A DNA stretch of 64,000 bases, from the NCBI GenBank assembly GCA_049602435.1, contig JBMYRO010000002.1, positions 35,370 to 99,369 of the forward strand. Direction: 5' to 3'. Shown piece by piece: positions 50,579 through 59,875 of this stretch (its first letter is position 1; every line of letters starts with the position of its first letter). This DNA is from Hyphomicrobiales bacterium (GTDB lineage: Bacteria > Pseudomonadota > Alphaproteobacteria > Rhizobiales > TMED25). The notes under the pieces are model-generated. The model had not been told where the DNA came from, ran no database searches, and saw only the letters and a list, made by a program, of their open reading frames with translations. The translations under genes were made by a program, and so were the position numbers.

Positions 50579-51019
50579 ATGAATAATAACCTTTATACTC
50601 TTCCTAAATTACCCAAGCCACTCGGAATTTATTCCCCCTTCAGGAAGGTAAACAATCAGGTTTATATTTCTGGTCAACTACCAATTTCAGATGGAAAAAT
50701 CGTAGCAGATATAAAAGATACTAATAACTTTATTTTTTCTGCTGAAAAACAACTTGAAGTGGCCACACTCAATCTTATCGCACAAGCTGCTTCAGCGGTA
50801 AACTCAGAAATAAAGAACATTAAATCTTGCATAAGAATAAACATATACATAGTATGTCCAAATAACTTCACAGATCATTCATCATTAGCAAATACATCAT
50901 CCGGAATCCTAAATAATTTTTTTCCTGAGGCTGATGGCCATGCTCGCACAACAATTGGTGTACACAGCCTTCCATTGGGGTCTTTGGTTGAAGTAGATGG
51001 TATATTCGAAATGATTTAA
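50579..51019 (+). CDS. RidA/YjgF/UK114 family protein
   Basis: 146 aa. YS......N.VYISGQLP and a C-terminal AR..IGV..LP.G.LVE.D pattern typical of the family. Confidence 0.7.
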   Translation: MNNNLYTLPKLPKPLGIYSPFRKVNNQVYISGQLPISDGKIVADIKDTNNFIFSAEKQLEVATLNLIAQAASAVNSEIKNIKSCIRINIYIVCPNNFTDHSSLANTSSGILNNFFPEADGHARTTIGVHSLPLGSLVEVDGIFEMI

Positions 51020-51023
51020 TCGT

Positions 51024-52151
51024 ATGCTAGAAGTTTGCAATTCTATTAACAACATTCCAAAAGATCAATTTTTAAAATTGGAAAATGATAACCCTTTTTT
51101 GAGTTATGATTTTTTATGGTCTTTAGAAAATTCAGATTGTGTAAACGAAAATGTTGGTTGGATAACAAACCATATAATTCATCGAGATGACGAAGGTAAG
51201 TTGGACGCGTTTACACCAACATATCTAAAATATAATTCATTTGGTGAATTTATTTTTGACCATGCTTGGGCAGATTTTTACAATAAAATCAATGTCCAGT
51301 ATTACCCAAAGTTATTAGTGGGGATTCCATTTACACCTGTCAGATCATCTAAATTTCTTGTAAGAAAAAATGAGACTGTAAAAAAACTAAATATAGTGAG
51401 AGATATAAAAAAAATTCTTGAATCGAACAATATTTCTAGTGCTCACATAAATTTTATCTTAGGTGATGATATTAAAATATTAAATGGAGAGAATTTTATT
51501 AGACGCAAAAGCAAACAATTTATATGGGAAAATAATAATTATATAAGTTTTAATGAATTTTTAGATTGTCTAACATCCAGAAAAAGAAAGATGATAAAAA
51601 AAGAAAGGCAATATATCAATGAAGAAGGAATAGTAGTTGAATGTCTTGAAGGCAAAGAGATCACTCCCGATTTAATAGAGTTATTTTATCAATTTTATCT
51701 AGATACAAATTATAGAAAATGGGGAAATGTTTATTTAAATTTTGATTTTTTCAAAAATATCATTACGAGAATGCCTTCTAATATACTATTAGTTGTTGCC
51801 AAGAAGAATAATGAAATTATAGCGACTTCTCTCCATATAAAGAGCGATAAGGTATTATATGGGAGGTATTGGGGTGCAAACAACTATTACAAATATTTGC
51901 ATTATGAATTATGTTACTATCAAGCTATTGAATATGCCATCAAAAATAAATTAAACTTCGTTGAAGCTGGTGCTGGTGGAGCTCATAAAATATCGCGTGG
52001 CTATTCTCCTACCTACACTTATTCAGCTCATTACTTTGCAAATGAAAAAATACATTCATTAATATCTGATTATGTTGATCGAGAAGGTGATTATATAGAT
52101 GAAGAGATTGATTATTTATCAAAATTCAAACCATTTAAATCCACGGAGTAA
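51024..52151 (+). CDS. FemAB-like/GNAT-fold protein of the DUF482 (COG3146) family
   Basis: 375 aa. FLSYDFL..LE.S.........GW...H, Y.KL.VGIPFTP and Y..LHFE.CYYQAIE...K..L...E.G..G.HK..RG match my recollection of this conserved uncharacterised family. This is not verified by a search. Confidence 0.55.
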   Translation: MLEVCNSINNIPKDQFLKLENDNPFLSYDFLWSLENSDCVNENVGWITNHIIHRDDEGKLDAFTPTYLKYNSFGEFIFDHAWADFYNKINVQYYPKLLVGIPFTPVRSSKFLVRKNETVKKLNIVRDIKKILESNNISSAHINFILGDDIKILNGENFIRRKSKQFIWENNNYISFNEFLDCLTSRKRKMIKKERQYINEEGIVVECLEGKEITPDLIELFYQFYLDTNYRKWGNVYLNFDFFKNIITRMPSNILLVVAKKNNEIIATSLHIKSDKVLYGRYWGANNYYKYLHYELCYYQAIEYAIKNKLNFVEAGAGGAHKISRGYSPTYTYSAHYFANEKIHSLISDYVDREGDYIDEEIDYLSKFKPFKSTE

Positions 52152-52156
52152 ATATT

Positions 52157-52564
52157 ATGGAAACATACAATAAAGATAATATATTCGCTAAAATTATAAA
52201 TAATGAGATTCCTTCAATAAAAATTTTAGATGAAAAAAATTATTTAGTGATTATGGATGCATTTCCAGAAAAACCAGGACATGTGCTCATTATCCCAAAG
52301 AATGAATCTAGAAATATTTTTGACATTGAAGCTATAGACCTTGAAGGAATAATGGTTCTAGCTCAAAAAGTTGCGATTGCTCAAAAAAAAGCGTTTGGTT
52401 CATCAGGAGTTAAAATGATTCAAAACTCTGAGGCAAGCGCAGGACAAGTAGTATTTCATACTCATATACACCTTATACCTTATTTTAATGATGCTGACGC
52501 TATGCCTGCAAGCCTAAACACTTTAGAAAAACAAGCTGACGCAATCAAAAGAGCTTTAATTTAA
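52157..52564 (+). CDS. HIT-family nucleotide hydrolase/transferase
   Basis: 135 aa. NIFAKII..EIPS, PGHVLIIPK and the histidine triad HTHIHLIP. Confidence 0.88.
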   Translation: METYNKDNIFAKIINNEIPSIKILDEKNYLVIMDAFPEKPGHVLIIPKNESRNIFDIEAIDLEGIMVLAQKVAIAQKKAFGSSGVKMIQNSEASAGQVVFHTHIHLIPYFNDADAMPASLNTLEKQADAIKRALI

Positions 52565-54859
52565 TAAGATTTTATCTTTATTAGTTTTATTTTTCTTGTT
52601 CTGTATTTTCTTCTTATTTACCAAAATGGTGAGTTCATCTATGTTATTATCGACATCAATGGTAATCTCACCGCCCTTTTTTAAACCTCCAAATAGCAAT
52701 TCGTCAGCAAGCGGTTTTTTGATTTTTTCATCAATAACACGCTGAAGTGGTCTAGCGCCATACTTTTCATCCGCTCCATTACGGGTCAACCAGTCATATG
52801 CAGCTTCAGATAAGGTTAATAACACATTCTTTTCGTCTAGCTGTGTCTCTAGTTTGATAATAAATTTATCAACAACCTGTTTCATGATTTCATTTGATAA
52901 TGAATTGAATGGTATAATTGAGTCGAGTCTATTTCTAAACTCTGGTGAAAAGATCCTATTAATTTCTTCATTATAATTTTTATCATTTTTATTATCAGAG
53001 AAACCCATGGATTCTTTTGCAAGATCCTGAGCACCTGCATTTGTTGTCATAATTATAATTACATTTCTAAAATCGATCTTTTTACCATTATGATCACTTA
53101 AGAAGCCATAATCCATAACCTGTAAGAGTATATTATATATTTCAAAATGAGCTTTTTCTATTTCATCTAGTAGCAATACGCAGTGTGGTGTTTTTTCAAT
53201 GGCGTCTGTTAGTAATCCTCCTTGATCATACCCTACATAGCCAGGAGGGGCTCCAATAAGTTTTGATACAGAATGTCTTTCCATATATTCTGACATATCA
53301 AATCTTATTAATTCAATTGATAGATTACTTGATAATTGTTTCGCTAGTTCAGTTTTTCCAACTCCAGTAGGACCTGAAAACAAATAAGAACCAACAGGCT
53401 TTTCTTGATCTCTGAGCCCTGCCCTTGCTGACTTGATAGATGATGCAAGAAGATCGATTGCATGATCCTGACCAAAGACCTGGTTTTTAAGACTTTTATC
53501 AAGATTCTTTAATATTGAATTATCAGATTTTGTAACTGTTTTTTCAGGTATTTTTGCGATGATTGATAATGTTTTTTCAATCTCTTTTGAAGTTATTTTC
53601 TTTTTTCGTTGGTCAATTGGCAAAATAATTTGAGATGCACCTGTTTCATCTATTAAATCTATAGCCTTGTCAGGTAACTTTCTATCTTGAAGATACCGAG
53701 AAGATAACTCAACAGCTGTTATAAGGCTACTTTCATCAAATTTTATTTTGTAGAAATCCTCAAAATATGGACGTAGTCCTTTGATAATACTTATGGAGTC
53801 TTCGATGCTCGGTTCAATTACATCAATTTTTTGGAATCTACGGACTAATGCCCTATCTTTTTCAAAATATCTTGAAAACTCTCTGTAAGTTGTTGATCCT
53901 ATACATTTGATCTGCCCAGATTGAAGGGCTGGTTTAAGAAGATTTGCAGCATCCATTGCTCCTCCAGAAGTGGCGCCAGATCCAATAATGGTATGAATTT
54001 CATCAATAAAGAGCACAGAATTTGGTATTTTTTCGACTTCCTTTAATACATCTTTTAACCTTTCCTCAAAATCCCCTCTATACCTTGTTCCAGCAATAAG
54101 AGAACCCATATCTAATTGAATAATAATTGTTTCTCTTAAAAATTCCGGAACTTCCTCCTTAACTATTTTTAGGGCAAGTCCCTCTATGATTGCGGTTTTA
54201 CCAACACCCGGATCACCAACCAATAATGGATTATTTTTTCTTCTTCTACATAGGGTCTGTATTATTCTTGTTATTTCAGTTTCTCTTGCAATTACAGGAT
54301 CAATCTGTCCTTTTTTAGCCTTATTATTTAGATGTATACAATAGTTATCTATGTTTGGTGTTAAGCTTTCTTGCGATTTGTTCTCATCACTATCCACTTC
54401 AGAGTACTCTATCTTACTTTCATCTTGTTTTGCACCATGACTCAAGTAATTTACGACATCATACCTGCTTAGATTTGCTTTATTTAAAAAATAAACTGCG
54501 TGACTCTCTCTTTCTGAAAAGATTGATACAAGAATATTGGCACTTGTAACTTCATCCTTTCCTGATGTTTGGACATGTATAACTGCACGCTGCACAACTC
54601 TTTGAAAACTTGTAGTAGGTTTTACGTCATCTAAATCCTTTACAATGATGTGACGTAATTCGTTATCGATGTACCCCTGAAGGTCATCTCTAATTTTATT
54701 TAAATCTATCGAGCAGTGTTTAAATATAGAGATTGCATCATCATCATCAATAATAGCGAGAAGAAGATGTTCAAGTGTTGAGAATTCGTGTTTCTTCACC
54801 CTTGCAATAGAAAGGGCTTTGTGCAGGGAGTCTTCCAATCCTTTTGAAAAAGTTGGCAT
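52556..54859 (-). CDS. clpA: ATP-dependent Clp protease ATP-binding subunit ClpA
   Basis: 767 aa. Clp_N repeats, two AAA+ modules (GDPGVGKT and GPTGVGKTE Walker A; LFIDEIH and LLDEIEKA Walker B) and no middle coiled-coil, so ClpA rather than ClpB. It is downstream of clpS. Confidence 0.95.
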   Translation of the reverse strand: MPTFSKGLEDSLHKALSIARVKKHEFSTLEHLLLAIIDDDDAISIFKHCSIDLNKIRDDLQGYIDNELRHIIVKDLDDVKPTTSFQRVVQRAVIHVQTSGKDEVTSANILVSIFSERESHAVYFLNKANLSRYDVVNYLSHGAKQDESKIEYSEVDSDENKSQESLTPNIDNYCIHLNNKAKKGQIDPVIARETEITRIIQTLCRRRKNNPLLVGDPGVGKTAIIEGLALKIVKEEVPEFLRETIIIQLDMGSLIAGTRYRGDFEERLKDVLKEVEKIPNSVLFIDEIHTIIGSGATSGGAMDAANLLKPALQSGQIKCIGSTTYREFSRYFEKDRALVRRFQKIDVIEPSIEDSISIIKGLRPYFEDFYKIKFDESSLITAVELSSRYLQDRKLPDKAIDLIDETGASQIILPIDQRKKKITSKEIEKTLSIIAKIPEKTVTKSDNSILKNLDKSLKNQVFGQDHAIDLLASSIKSARAGLRDQEKPVGSYLFSGPTGVGKTELAKQLSSNLSIELIRFDMSEYMERHSVSKLIGAPPGYVGYDQGGLLTDAIEKTPHCVLLLDEIEKAHFEIYNILLQVMDYGFLSDHNGKKIDFRNVIIIMTTNAGAQDLAKESMGFSDNKNDKNYNEEINRIFSPEFRNRLDSIIPFNSLSNEIMKQVVDKFIIKLETQLDEKNVLLTLSEAAYDWLTRNGADEKYGARPLQRVIDEKIKKPLADELLFGGLKKGGEITIDVDNNIDELTILVNKKKIQNKKNKTNKDKILLN

Positions 54860-54860
54860 A

Positions 54861-55172
54861 TTACTTATTTTTCTCCATTTTACATTGAAGAGGATGTCCG
54901 TTTTTTATTGAATAGTTCATTACTTGCATAACTTTTGTTTCGGCTATGTCAAAGGGGTAAATTCCGCATAAGCCCTTTCCATTTCGATGAACGTGCATCA
55001 TGATTTGGTTAGCTTGGTCAATATCTTTATTAAAATATCTCATAAGAACATCTACAACGAATTCCATAGGTGTATAATCGTCATTTAGAAGGATAACTTC
55101 ATACATACTAGGACGTTTGACTTTATTCTCTGTTATGGTTTGAGTATTATTAGATGTGTTATCTTCAGGCAT
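54861..55172 (-). CDS. clpS: ATP-dependent Clp protease adaptor ClpS
   Basis: 103 aa. [19 protein letters not shown] and H..G....G.Y....AETK. Confidence 0.93.
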   Translation of the reverse strand: MPEDNTSNNTQTITENKVKRPSMYEVILLNDDYTPMEFVVDVLMRYFNKDIDQANQIMMHVHRNGKGLCGIYPFDIAETKVMQVMNYSIKNGHPLQCKMEKNK

Positions 55173-55309
55173 TTACTTAATTTAGAAAAAATATTACTAA
55201 TATAATATTTGGTGAAAAAAAAATAAAAATCAATTTTAAAAAACATTTTTTTAATTTATTTTCCATTCAAATTAATCAAAATATAATATTTACGTGCTAA
55301 TTTTTTTTC

Positions 55310-56278
55310 ATGAAATCACATTCTATAAAATATTTAATATATTTTATATTAATTCTTAGCTTTACTGTTTCTTTCAATGAAGCAAAAGCTGCACCAGAAT
55401 ATTCATCGTTTAGTCTCGATGCAAACACTGGAAAAACCCTCCATAGTAATAAAGGATCCCAGTTGAGGTATCCGGCATCATTAACCAAAGTTATGACTCT
55501 ATATTTAATCTTTGAGGATTTAGAGAAAAGAAAGATCCAGAAATCAGACTTGATTACATTTTCAAGAAATGCATCCCGTAAACCGGCTTCAAAATTAGGA
55601 ATACCTGAAGGAAAAACCATAAGCTTTAGTAATGCAATAAAGGCACTTGCCGTTAAGTCAGCAAATGATGTTGCTACAGCTGTTGCTGAGCATCTTGAAG
55701 GATCTGAAGAAAAATTTGCACAACGAATGACAGAAAAAGCAAAGGATCTTGGGATGATGAGCACTACATTTAAAAATGCCTCTGGTTTACACAATAACTA
55801 TCAAAAAACTACAGCTTTTGATATGGCAATTCTTGCTTTGAGGATGATAAAAGATTTCCCTGAAGAATCCAAAGTATTTGCACTTAAGGAATTCTATTTT
55901 GAGGGGCAGAAATATACCAGTCATAACAAATTGCTGTTCAGTTATTCAGGGACAAAAGGAATGAAAACTGGATACACAAGTATGTCAGGATTTAACTTAA
56001 TTTCTTTTGTTGAGCGAGGTAGCAAAAAAATAATATCTGTTGTTATGGGTGGAAGTAGTTCAAATTCAAGAAATAGTAATATGGTAAAAGTATTGGATAA
56101 ATCATTCAAAATACCAACAATCCCTATTCAATTACCAAAAATGAATCCCTATTTAAACAGTAATAAAAATCAAATAAGAGAAGATAACAAATATCCAACT
56201 AATAAGTCGAAAACTAATATATCTAGGTTTGATAGATTAAGTAATAGAGTTGATCAAATCTTGTCTATTTTCCCCTAA
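55310..56278 (+). CDS. D-alanyl-D-alanine carboxypeptidase (S11, PBP5/6-like)
   Basis: 322 aa. Signal peptide, SxxK (PASLTKVMT), SxN (SANDVA) and KTG (MKTGYT) boxes. Confidence 0.88.
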   Translation: MKSHSIKYLIYFILILSFTVSFNEAKAAPEYSSFSLDANTGKTLHSNKGSQLRYPASLTKVMTLYLIFEDLEKRKIQKSDLITFSRNASRKPASKLGIPEGKTISFSNAIKALAVKSANDVATAVAEHLEGSEEKFAQRMTEKAKDLGMMSTTFKNASGLHNNYQKTTAFDMAILALRMIKDFPEESKVFALKEFYFEGQKYTSHNKLLFSYSGTKGMKTGYTSMSGFNLISFVERGSKKIISVVMGGSSSNSRNSNMVKVLDKSFKIPTIPIQLPKMNPYLNSNKNQIREDNKYPTNKSKTNISRFDRLSNRVDQILSIFP

Positions 56279-56609
56279 TTTTTTTTTCTTTTAGAATAAA
56301 CTCTCTGGCAAGATTTATCTTCTTAGCCAAATATTCACTACCTCCATTATCTGGATGATTTTTTCTTATTAGATCCTTATAAGCAGTCTCTATTTCCTCT
56401 AGACTTGCACTTTTATGAATTCCAAGTATTTCATATGCTTCATCTAAATTTGATATTTCATTTGATGATTTATGCTGGTAAGTTTTTATATTAAATCTAT
56501 CTTTAATCTTGATTAGAAAGGGCATCAAATAAAACAATGCCGCAAGTAATTTAAATTTTATCAGAGCTATTATTAATAGGATAATTAGAGTGGACAGAAG
56601 AATAATCAT
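56265..56609 (-). CDS. membrane-anchored J-domain protein (Tim14/Pam18-like architecture)
   Basis: 114 aa. N-terminal hydrophobic helices (MIILLSTLIILLIIALIKFKLLAALFYLMPFLI) are followed by a J-domain with EAYEILGI......EIE.AYK.LIRKNHPDNGGS (HPD motif). Confidence 0.75.
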   Translation of the reverse strand: MIILLSTLIILLIIALIKFKLLAALFYLMPFLIKIKDRFNIKTYQHKSSNEISNLDEAYEILGIHKSASLEEIETAYKDLIRKNHPDNGGSEYLAKKINLAREFILKEKKIRGK

Positions 56610-56623
56610 TTTATCAATTGATT

Positions 56624-56710
56624 TGGTGCGATCGAGAAGATTCGAACTTCCACAGAGTTTCCCCTACAGCGACCTCAACGCTGCGCGTCTACCAATTCCG
56701 CCACGATCGC
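56624..56710 (-). tRNA. tRNA-Leu, anticodon GAG
   Basis: The reverse complement folds by hand. Acceptor GCGATCG/CGATCGC plus A and an encoded CCA. Anticodon stem CAGCG/CGCTG with loop TTGAGGT. Long variable arm. T arm GGAAG-TTCGAAT-CTTCT (G-C, G.U, A-U, A-U, G-C). Confidence 0.92.
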
Positions 56711-56784
56711 AGAAATTTTTAATATATGCATTAATATATTAGAATGGTAATATTTAGCAATTATAATTAATCGATAAAGAAATA

Positions 56785-57447
56785 ATGTTTAAAAAAGTTG
56801 AACTATTTAAAAGCGATACACTTATTGATTATAATGTAGCATCAAAATTTATGGAAAAAAGATCTTCTCTAATTCATAACGGAGAAGCAAATGAACTTGT
56901 TTGGTTACTAGAACATCCAAATATTTATACTGCTGGCTCTAGTGCTAAAGATAATGAATTCCTTGGTACAAAAGATATCCCAGTATACAAAACACCTAGA
57001 GGTGGGAAGTATACCTATCACGGACCCGGTCAACGGATAATATACCTTATGATTAACCTAGAAAGGTGTGAGAAAGACATCAGAAAATTCATAATGATCC
57101 TTGAAAGAATAATAGTTAAAACATTTAAAAAATTTGATATGGATGTATATCCTGTAAGAGATAGGATTGGTATTTGGATAAAAACAAATAATGGTGAAGA
57201 AAAAATAGGTGCAATGGGTTTAAAGGTTAAAAAATGGATTTCTTTACATGGAATATCAATAAACATAAACCCAGAACTTCAATATTTTGATGGAATTGTT
57301 CCGTGTGGGTTATCAGAATATAATGTTACGAGCATAAAAAAACTAAAGAAAAATATTTCCATTGAAAATTTCGATGAAGAATTCATATCAAACTTTGAGA
57401 GAGAATTCGGGAAGATGAAGGAAATTAATAACCTAATTCTGGATTGA
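56785..57447 (+). CDS. lipB: octanoyltransferase (lipoyl(octanoyl) transferase)
   Basis: 220 aa. WLLEH...YT.G, RGGKYTYHGPGQ and the GAMGLKV (catalytic Lys region) motifs. Confidence 0.92.
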   Translation: MFKKVELFKSDTLIDYNVASKFMEKRSSLIHNGEANELVWLLEHPNIYTAGSSAKDNEFLGTKDIPVYKTPRGGKYTYHGPGQRIIYLMINLERCEKDIRKFIMILERIIVKTFKKFDMDVYPVRDRIGIWIKTNNGEEKIGAMGLKVKKWISLHGISININPELQYFDGIVPCGLSEYNVTSIKKLKKNISIENFDEEFISNFEREFGKMKEINNLILD

Positions 57448-58134
57448 ATTAATAAGTTGCATAAAAAAAGCAATTTCATCTTTTTTTATTTTTAATTCAT
57501 TCTTTTTGTTTACGTCTTGATAGATTTCATTATTAAACAACTCATCAACATAAATCGTTTTCCATAGTTGTTCTAATTTAATCTTATTGAGAACCACTAG
57601 AATTGTTAAGATGCATGAGCCACTAATTTTGATTAGCTCAAACATTATAAACAATATAAAATTATCTAGACTAACCAGATAGTCTTCCACGATAGTAATA
57701 TTTTCATGATTTTGTTTTATTGGATTTAAATTTGTAGTTGTTTTCCAATTTGTACTAAAAATATTATTAAATTCGTCTAATGCATTATCCCAAATTGTTT
57801 TTTGTGCATTAGCAAGAGACTCTGGAGAATTTACTCTATAAAACAATAGATCTGTTTCAAGATATTTTAATAATTCTGGTATTATAAATTTTTTAGTATC
57901 CTCACTGTTTGCGCTATATTTCAATATGATACTTATCATACTAATCTTTAAATTTTGATTATATTTTCCTGATAGCTCATCCAGTATTAATTTTTTTATA
58001 TAAGCGTTTGGAATAATTATATTTTTTTTATTTTTTATATTGGATTTAATACCGTTAAATGTTAAATAAATTTTATTACCTTCTTCAAGTATTCCAATTT
58101 TTTTTTTATTGAGATCTGTCAGATTATTCATCAA
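57433..58134 (-). CDS. ATP12-family F1-ATPase assembly chaperone
   Basis: 233 aa. DLLFYRVNSPESLANAQKTIWD..LDEF and ISGSCILTILV correspond to the ATP12 motifs DLLCYRA..PE.L...Q...WDPLLDW and LSGSLVLGLA as I recall them. It lies after rluC, a common arrangement in Alphaproteobacteria. Confidence 0.65.
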   Translation of the reverse strand: MMNNLTDLNKKKIGILEEGNKIYLTFNGIKSNIKNKKNIIIPNAYIKKLILDELSGKYNQNLKISMISIILKYSANSEDTKKFIIPELLKYLETDLLFYRVNSPESLANAQKTIWDNALDEFNNIFSTNWKTTTNLNPIKQNHENITIVEDYLVSLDNFILFIMFELIKISGSCILTILVVLNKIKLEQLWKTIYVDELFNNEIYQDVNKKNELKIKKDEIAFFMQLINSIQN

Positions 58135-59050
58135 AGTAAAGTCCTAGTTTACTAACTGCATTTTTAAAATGGTGAGGCATTTCAACAATAACACTAATAT
58201 CTTTGGTATTTTGAGTATTAGGAAAAATTATTTCATAAGAATGCAAATATAACTTTTTGTCAATACTTGGAGGATATTCTTGAGTACCATATTGTTTGTC
58301 TCCAATGATAGGACAATGCAACATTGATAAATGTTTCCTTATCTGATGTTTTCTACCTGTATGTGGAATTAGTTCAATCAAAGATATACCATCGGGATTT
58401 GATGATTTTATTTTAAAATAGGTCAATGCTTCCTGTGATTTATCTATATCATTTGCAATGTTCTTATTTTTTATTTCCAATGGATAGTCTATTATTCCAT
58501 CATTTTTCTTTGGTAAATTATTTGTTAGAGCCAGATATTTTTTATTAATAACTCTTTTATTAAAGGCTTCAGTATAATATTGGGCAGCTTTTCTATTTTT
58601 GGCAATAAGAAGAGCCCCAGTAGTATTTTTATCAAGTCTATGAACAAGTCTGTATATTGGGTCCTCGGATTTAATTATAGAGTCAATATGATATTTTGCA
58701 GACACACCGCCTTGGGTAGGGAGCCCATAAGGTTTATTTATAACAATAACATCTTGATCCTCATAAACAGTTATATCTGATAAAAGAAAATTATTTTTTT
58801 TAATATCATAAGATTTTTGCTTTTCATTGAATTCAAAATTAGGCGGGATTCGAATTTCATCACCCGATGTTACCCTATAATCAGATTTCTTACGACCACC
58901 GCCTACTCTTACTTGTCCTGTTCTAATAATCTTTTGAATTTCAGTGAAGGACGCATCTGTTAGATTCTCCTTTAACCAACGGTCTAGTCGTATACCTGCA
59001 TCATCATTTTTAACATACTTATTCATAAAATTACATTCATCTAAGCGCAA
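58124..59050 (-). CDS. rluC: RluA-family 23S rRNA pseudouridine synthase (RluC/RluD-like)
   Basis: 308 aa. S4 domain (RLDRWL......S...IQKIIRTGQVRV) and the catalytic HRLDKNTTGALLIAKN. An alternative start at Met9 (59026) would remove the overlap with crcB. Confidence 0.85.
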   Translation of the reverse strand: MRLDECNFMNKYVKNDDAGIRLDRWLKENLTDASFTEIQKIIRTGQVRVGGGRKKSDYRVTSGDEIRIPPNFEFNEKQKSYDIKKNNFLLSDITVYEDQDVIVINKPYGLPTQGGVSAKYHIDSIIKSEDPIYRLVHRLDKNTTGALLIAKNRKAAQYYTEAFNKRVINKKYLALTNNLPKKNDGIIDYPLEIKNKNIANDIDKSQEALTYFKIKSSNPDGISLIELIPHTGRKHQIRKHLSMLHCPIIGDKQYGTQEYPPSIDKKLYLHSYEIIFPNTQNTKDISVIVEMPHHFKNAVSKLGLYFDE

Positions 59051-59405
59051 ACATACCTAATAGAAGTGCTGAAAGAGACAGTACAACTGATAAAATTATA
59101 TAGCTCACGGCAAAAAATTTACCATAATTCTGATACAATATAAAAGCATCAATTGAAAAGGTTGAAAAAGTTGTAAAACCTCCAAGAAGACCAACTGTTA
59201 GTAATAATTTTGTACTTTCAGAAAAAAAAATATGATTATTAAAAAACTGGTAGAGAAAACCAATAAAAAAACTACCAATTATATTTACTATGATTGTGGA
59301 GTAAGGAAGATTTGATCCTAATAAATAATTTGAAGATAAATAAACTAAATACCTAAGTATCGCACCTATAAAGCCGCCTAAGCCTACATATAGGATATTA
59401 AGCAT
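59037..59405 (-). CDS. crcB: fluoride ion channel CrcB/FluC
   Basis: 122 aa, four TM helices, GGFIGAILRY and LLGGFTTFSTF motifs. Confidence 0.9.
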   Translation of the reverse strand: MLNILYVGLGGFIGAILRYLVYLSSNYLLGSNLPYSTIIVNIIGSFFIGFLYQFFNNHIFFSESTKLLLTVGLLGGFTTFSTFSIDAFILYQNYGKFFAVSYIILSVVLSLSALLLGMFALR

Positions 59406-59408
59406 TCT

Positions 59409-59849
59409 TTATGCAATAGAATTAGTATTCTCTAATTCTTCTTCAACTTCTTCTACTATTACAGGGCCAGAGTCTTTCCCTTTAGCTTCAATATCTCTAT
59501 CAACAAATTCTATCACTGCCATTGGCGCCGAATCACCGTACCTAAAACCGGCTTTTATAATTCTTGTGTAACCTCCGCTTCTTTCAGCATATCTTGGGCC
59601 AAGAACATCAAAAAGTTTAGATACCATAGATAGATCACCTAGTTTAGATATTGCCTGCCTTCTTTTATGAAGACTGTTTGTCCTAGATAAAGTAACCAAT
59701 TTCTCAACTATTGGTCTTAATTCTTTTGCTTTTGGTAAAGTAGTTACGATCTGCTCATGCTTGATCAGCGCATTTGCCATATTAGAGAACATTGCCTTTC
59801 TGTGGCTTGAAGTTCTATTTAATTTTCTACCTGAATTATTATGGCGCAT
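59409..59849 (-). CDS. rplQ: 50S ribosomal protein L17
   Basis: 146 aa starting MRH...GRKL.R.S.HR.AM..NM...L..HE.I.TT..KAKELR. Confidence 0.95.
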   Translation of the reverse strand: MRHNNSGRKLNRTSSHRKAMFSNMANALIKHEQIVTTLPKAKELRPIVEKLVTLSRTNSLHKRRQAISKLGDLSMVSKLFDVLGPRYAERSGGYTRIIKAGFRYGDSAPMAVIEFVDRDIEAKGKDSGPVIVEEVEEELENTNSIA

Positions 59850-59875
59850 AACAAATCTCCTAAATTATTATCCTG

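Noticed and set aside
55297-55794. 165-aa - strand ORF overlapping the start of the D,D-carboxypeptidase gene
   Set aside because: It is antisense to a gene with clear SxxK/SxN/KTG boxes and has no recognisable domain.
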